A stretch of DNA of 64,000 nucleotides from Vermamoeba vermiformis (lineage: Eukaryota): positions 1 to 64,000 of the forward strand of contig JBEWZL010000233.1 of the NCBI GenBank assembly GCA_045837725.1. Direction: 5' to 3'. The notes under the pieces were generated by a model, which saw only the letters and a program-made list of their open reading frames with translations, searched no databases and had not been told where the DNA came from. Every line of letters begins with the position of its first letter. Within the stretch, counting starts at the first letter, position 1. Both the position numbers and the translations under genes were made by a program. Positions 63,278-64,000 of this stretch are shown here, in pieces.

Positions 63278-64000
63278 TTAACATCTCGAAACAATTTCTT
63301 GCGAATTGCAATCAAATGTGCACCGACCTTCTATATATAGTCCGACACACATTGATGCACGTGTTTTAATGATAATATTAATAAGTTATCTCGCAAAGCG
63401 GAGCACGAGAATTACGCCGCGACGTTAATGATTGAACCATGCTCGCTTACCAAGTTTGCCCCTAATTGGCCAGTATTTTCAATAACATCTGCTCGATAGA
63501 GGTGCTTGATTCGTCTTCGGACAATAACATGAAGGATCCAAGGCAAGTCCTACCGCCATATTAACAATCTTGTTTGCTATTAACTGATTCATACCTATAG
63601 ACGTTGTATTTTAGCACCTTGCTGCCCTTTTCATTTTCTAGATTGCACACGAGCATGTCGTCTTCAGATCGGGTCCAATGTCCTTCGTAATTAGTCGCCT
63701 CGTAGTCCCAATTTTCTGAAATGTATTTGAGTGTAAATGCATGCGTAATGACAACTTACTTCTAAATACCGCCGTGCCATCGAGCTCTAATTCGAGTGTC
63801 AAGTGGTTAAAGCCAGTGTGAGTCGAGTAAAATGTTTTTCCCGCGAGGTCCCTAGCCCAATTAATGCGCGTTAGTCATTGTCTATTTGTGCGTGTAACTA
63901 CTCACCACTCTACGACAGGTGCGCTGAATGGATTGTAATTGCCTTTCGCAACGGCATTGAAAACAGGCTCGATTTGCAGGCACCAAGGCAGCTCTCGCAT
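63278..64000 (-). CDS. 3' part of a multi-exon hypothetical protein gene entering from beyond the window
   Basis: Series of short GT-AG-bounded open segments (..APVVEW|DLAGKTFY..|ENWDYEATNYEGHWTR..). No family recognised. Confidence 0.4.

Overview
Gene-dense, intron-rich eukaryotic DNA with short GT-AG introns and the standard genetic code. It is most likely from an amoebozoan-type protist; this is inferred from a cAMP-receptor-like GPCR, an AprA/PqaA-family gene and an MrfA/MYRF-like gene. About 28 host genes and one tRNA-Cys flank a transposon island at ~44.8-56.5 kb. Two things stand out. (1) A complete 5.2-kb Sola-like DNA transposon (47036-52190; 25-bp TIRs flanked by ATAT) encodes a chromodomain-fused DDD transposase and a divergent ParB/Srx-domain protein with a degenerate amino-methyltransferase-like tail. 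It carries nine copies of the palindrome AAAACGCTC-N-GAGCGTTTT, in every intron of both genes and in the shared promoter, which suggests a ParB/parS-like module inside a eukaryotic TE. (2) A MYRF-like membrane-tethered protein (23041-25461) joins a non-NDT80 N-terminal domain, an S74/ICA self-cleavage domain, one TM helix and a plant-RLK-type LRR ectodomain. The window also holds a 5'-truncated dead Ty3/Gypsy with a 35-bp LTR-derived hairpin insertion, a CpG-depleted zone, an APCDD1-like GPI protein, a PA-domain 7TM protein and a head-to-head claudin-like pair. Exon structures were read by eye and family calls come from motif recognition, not database searches.
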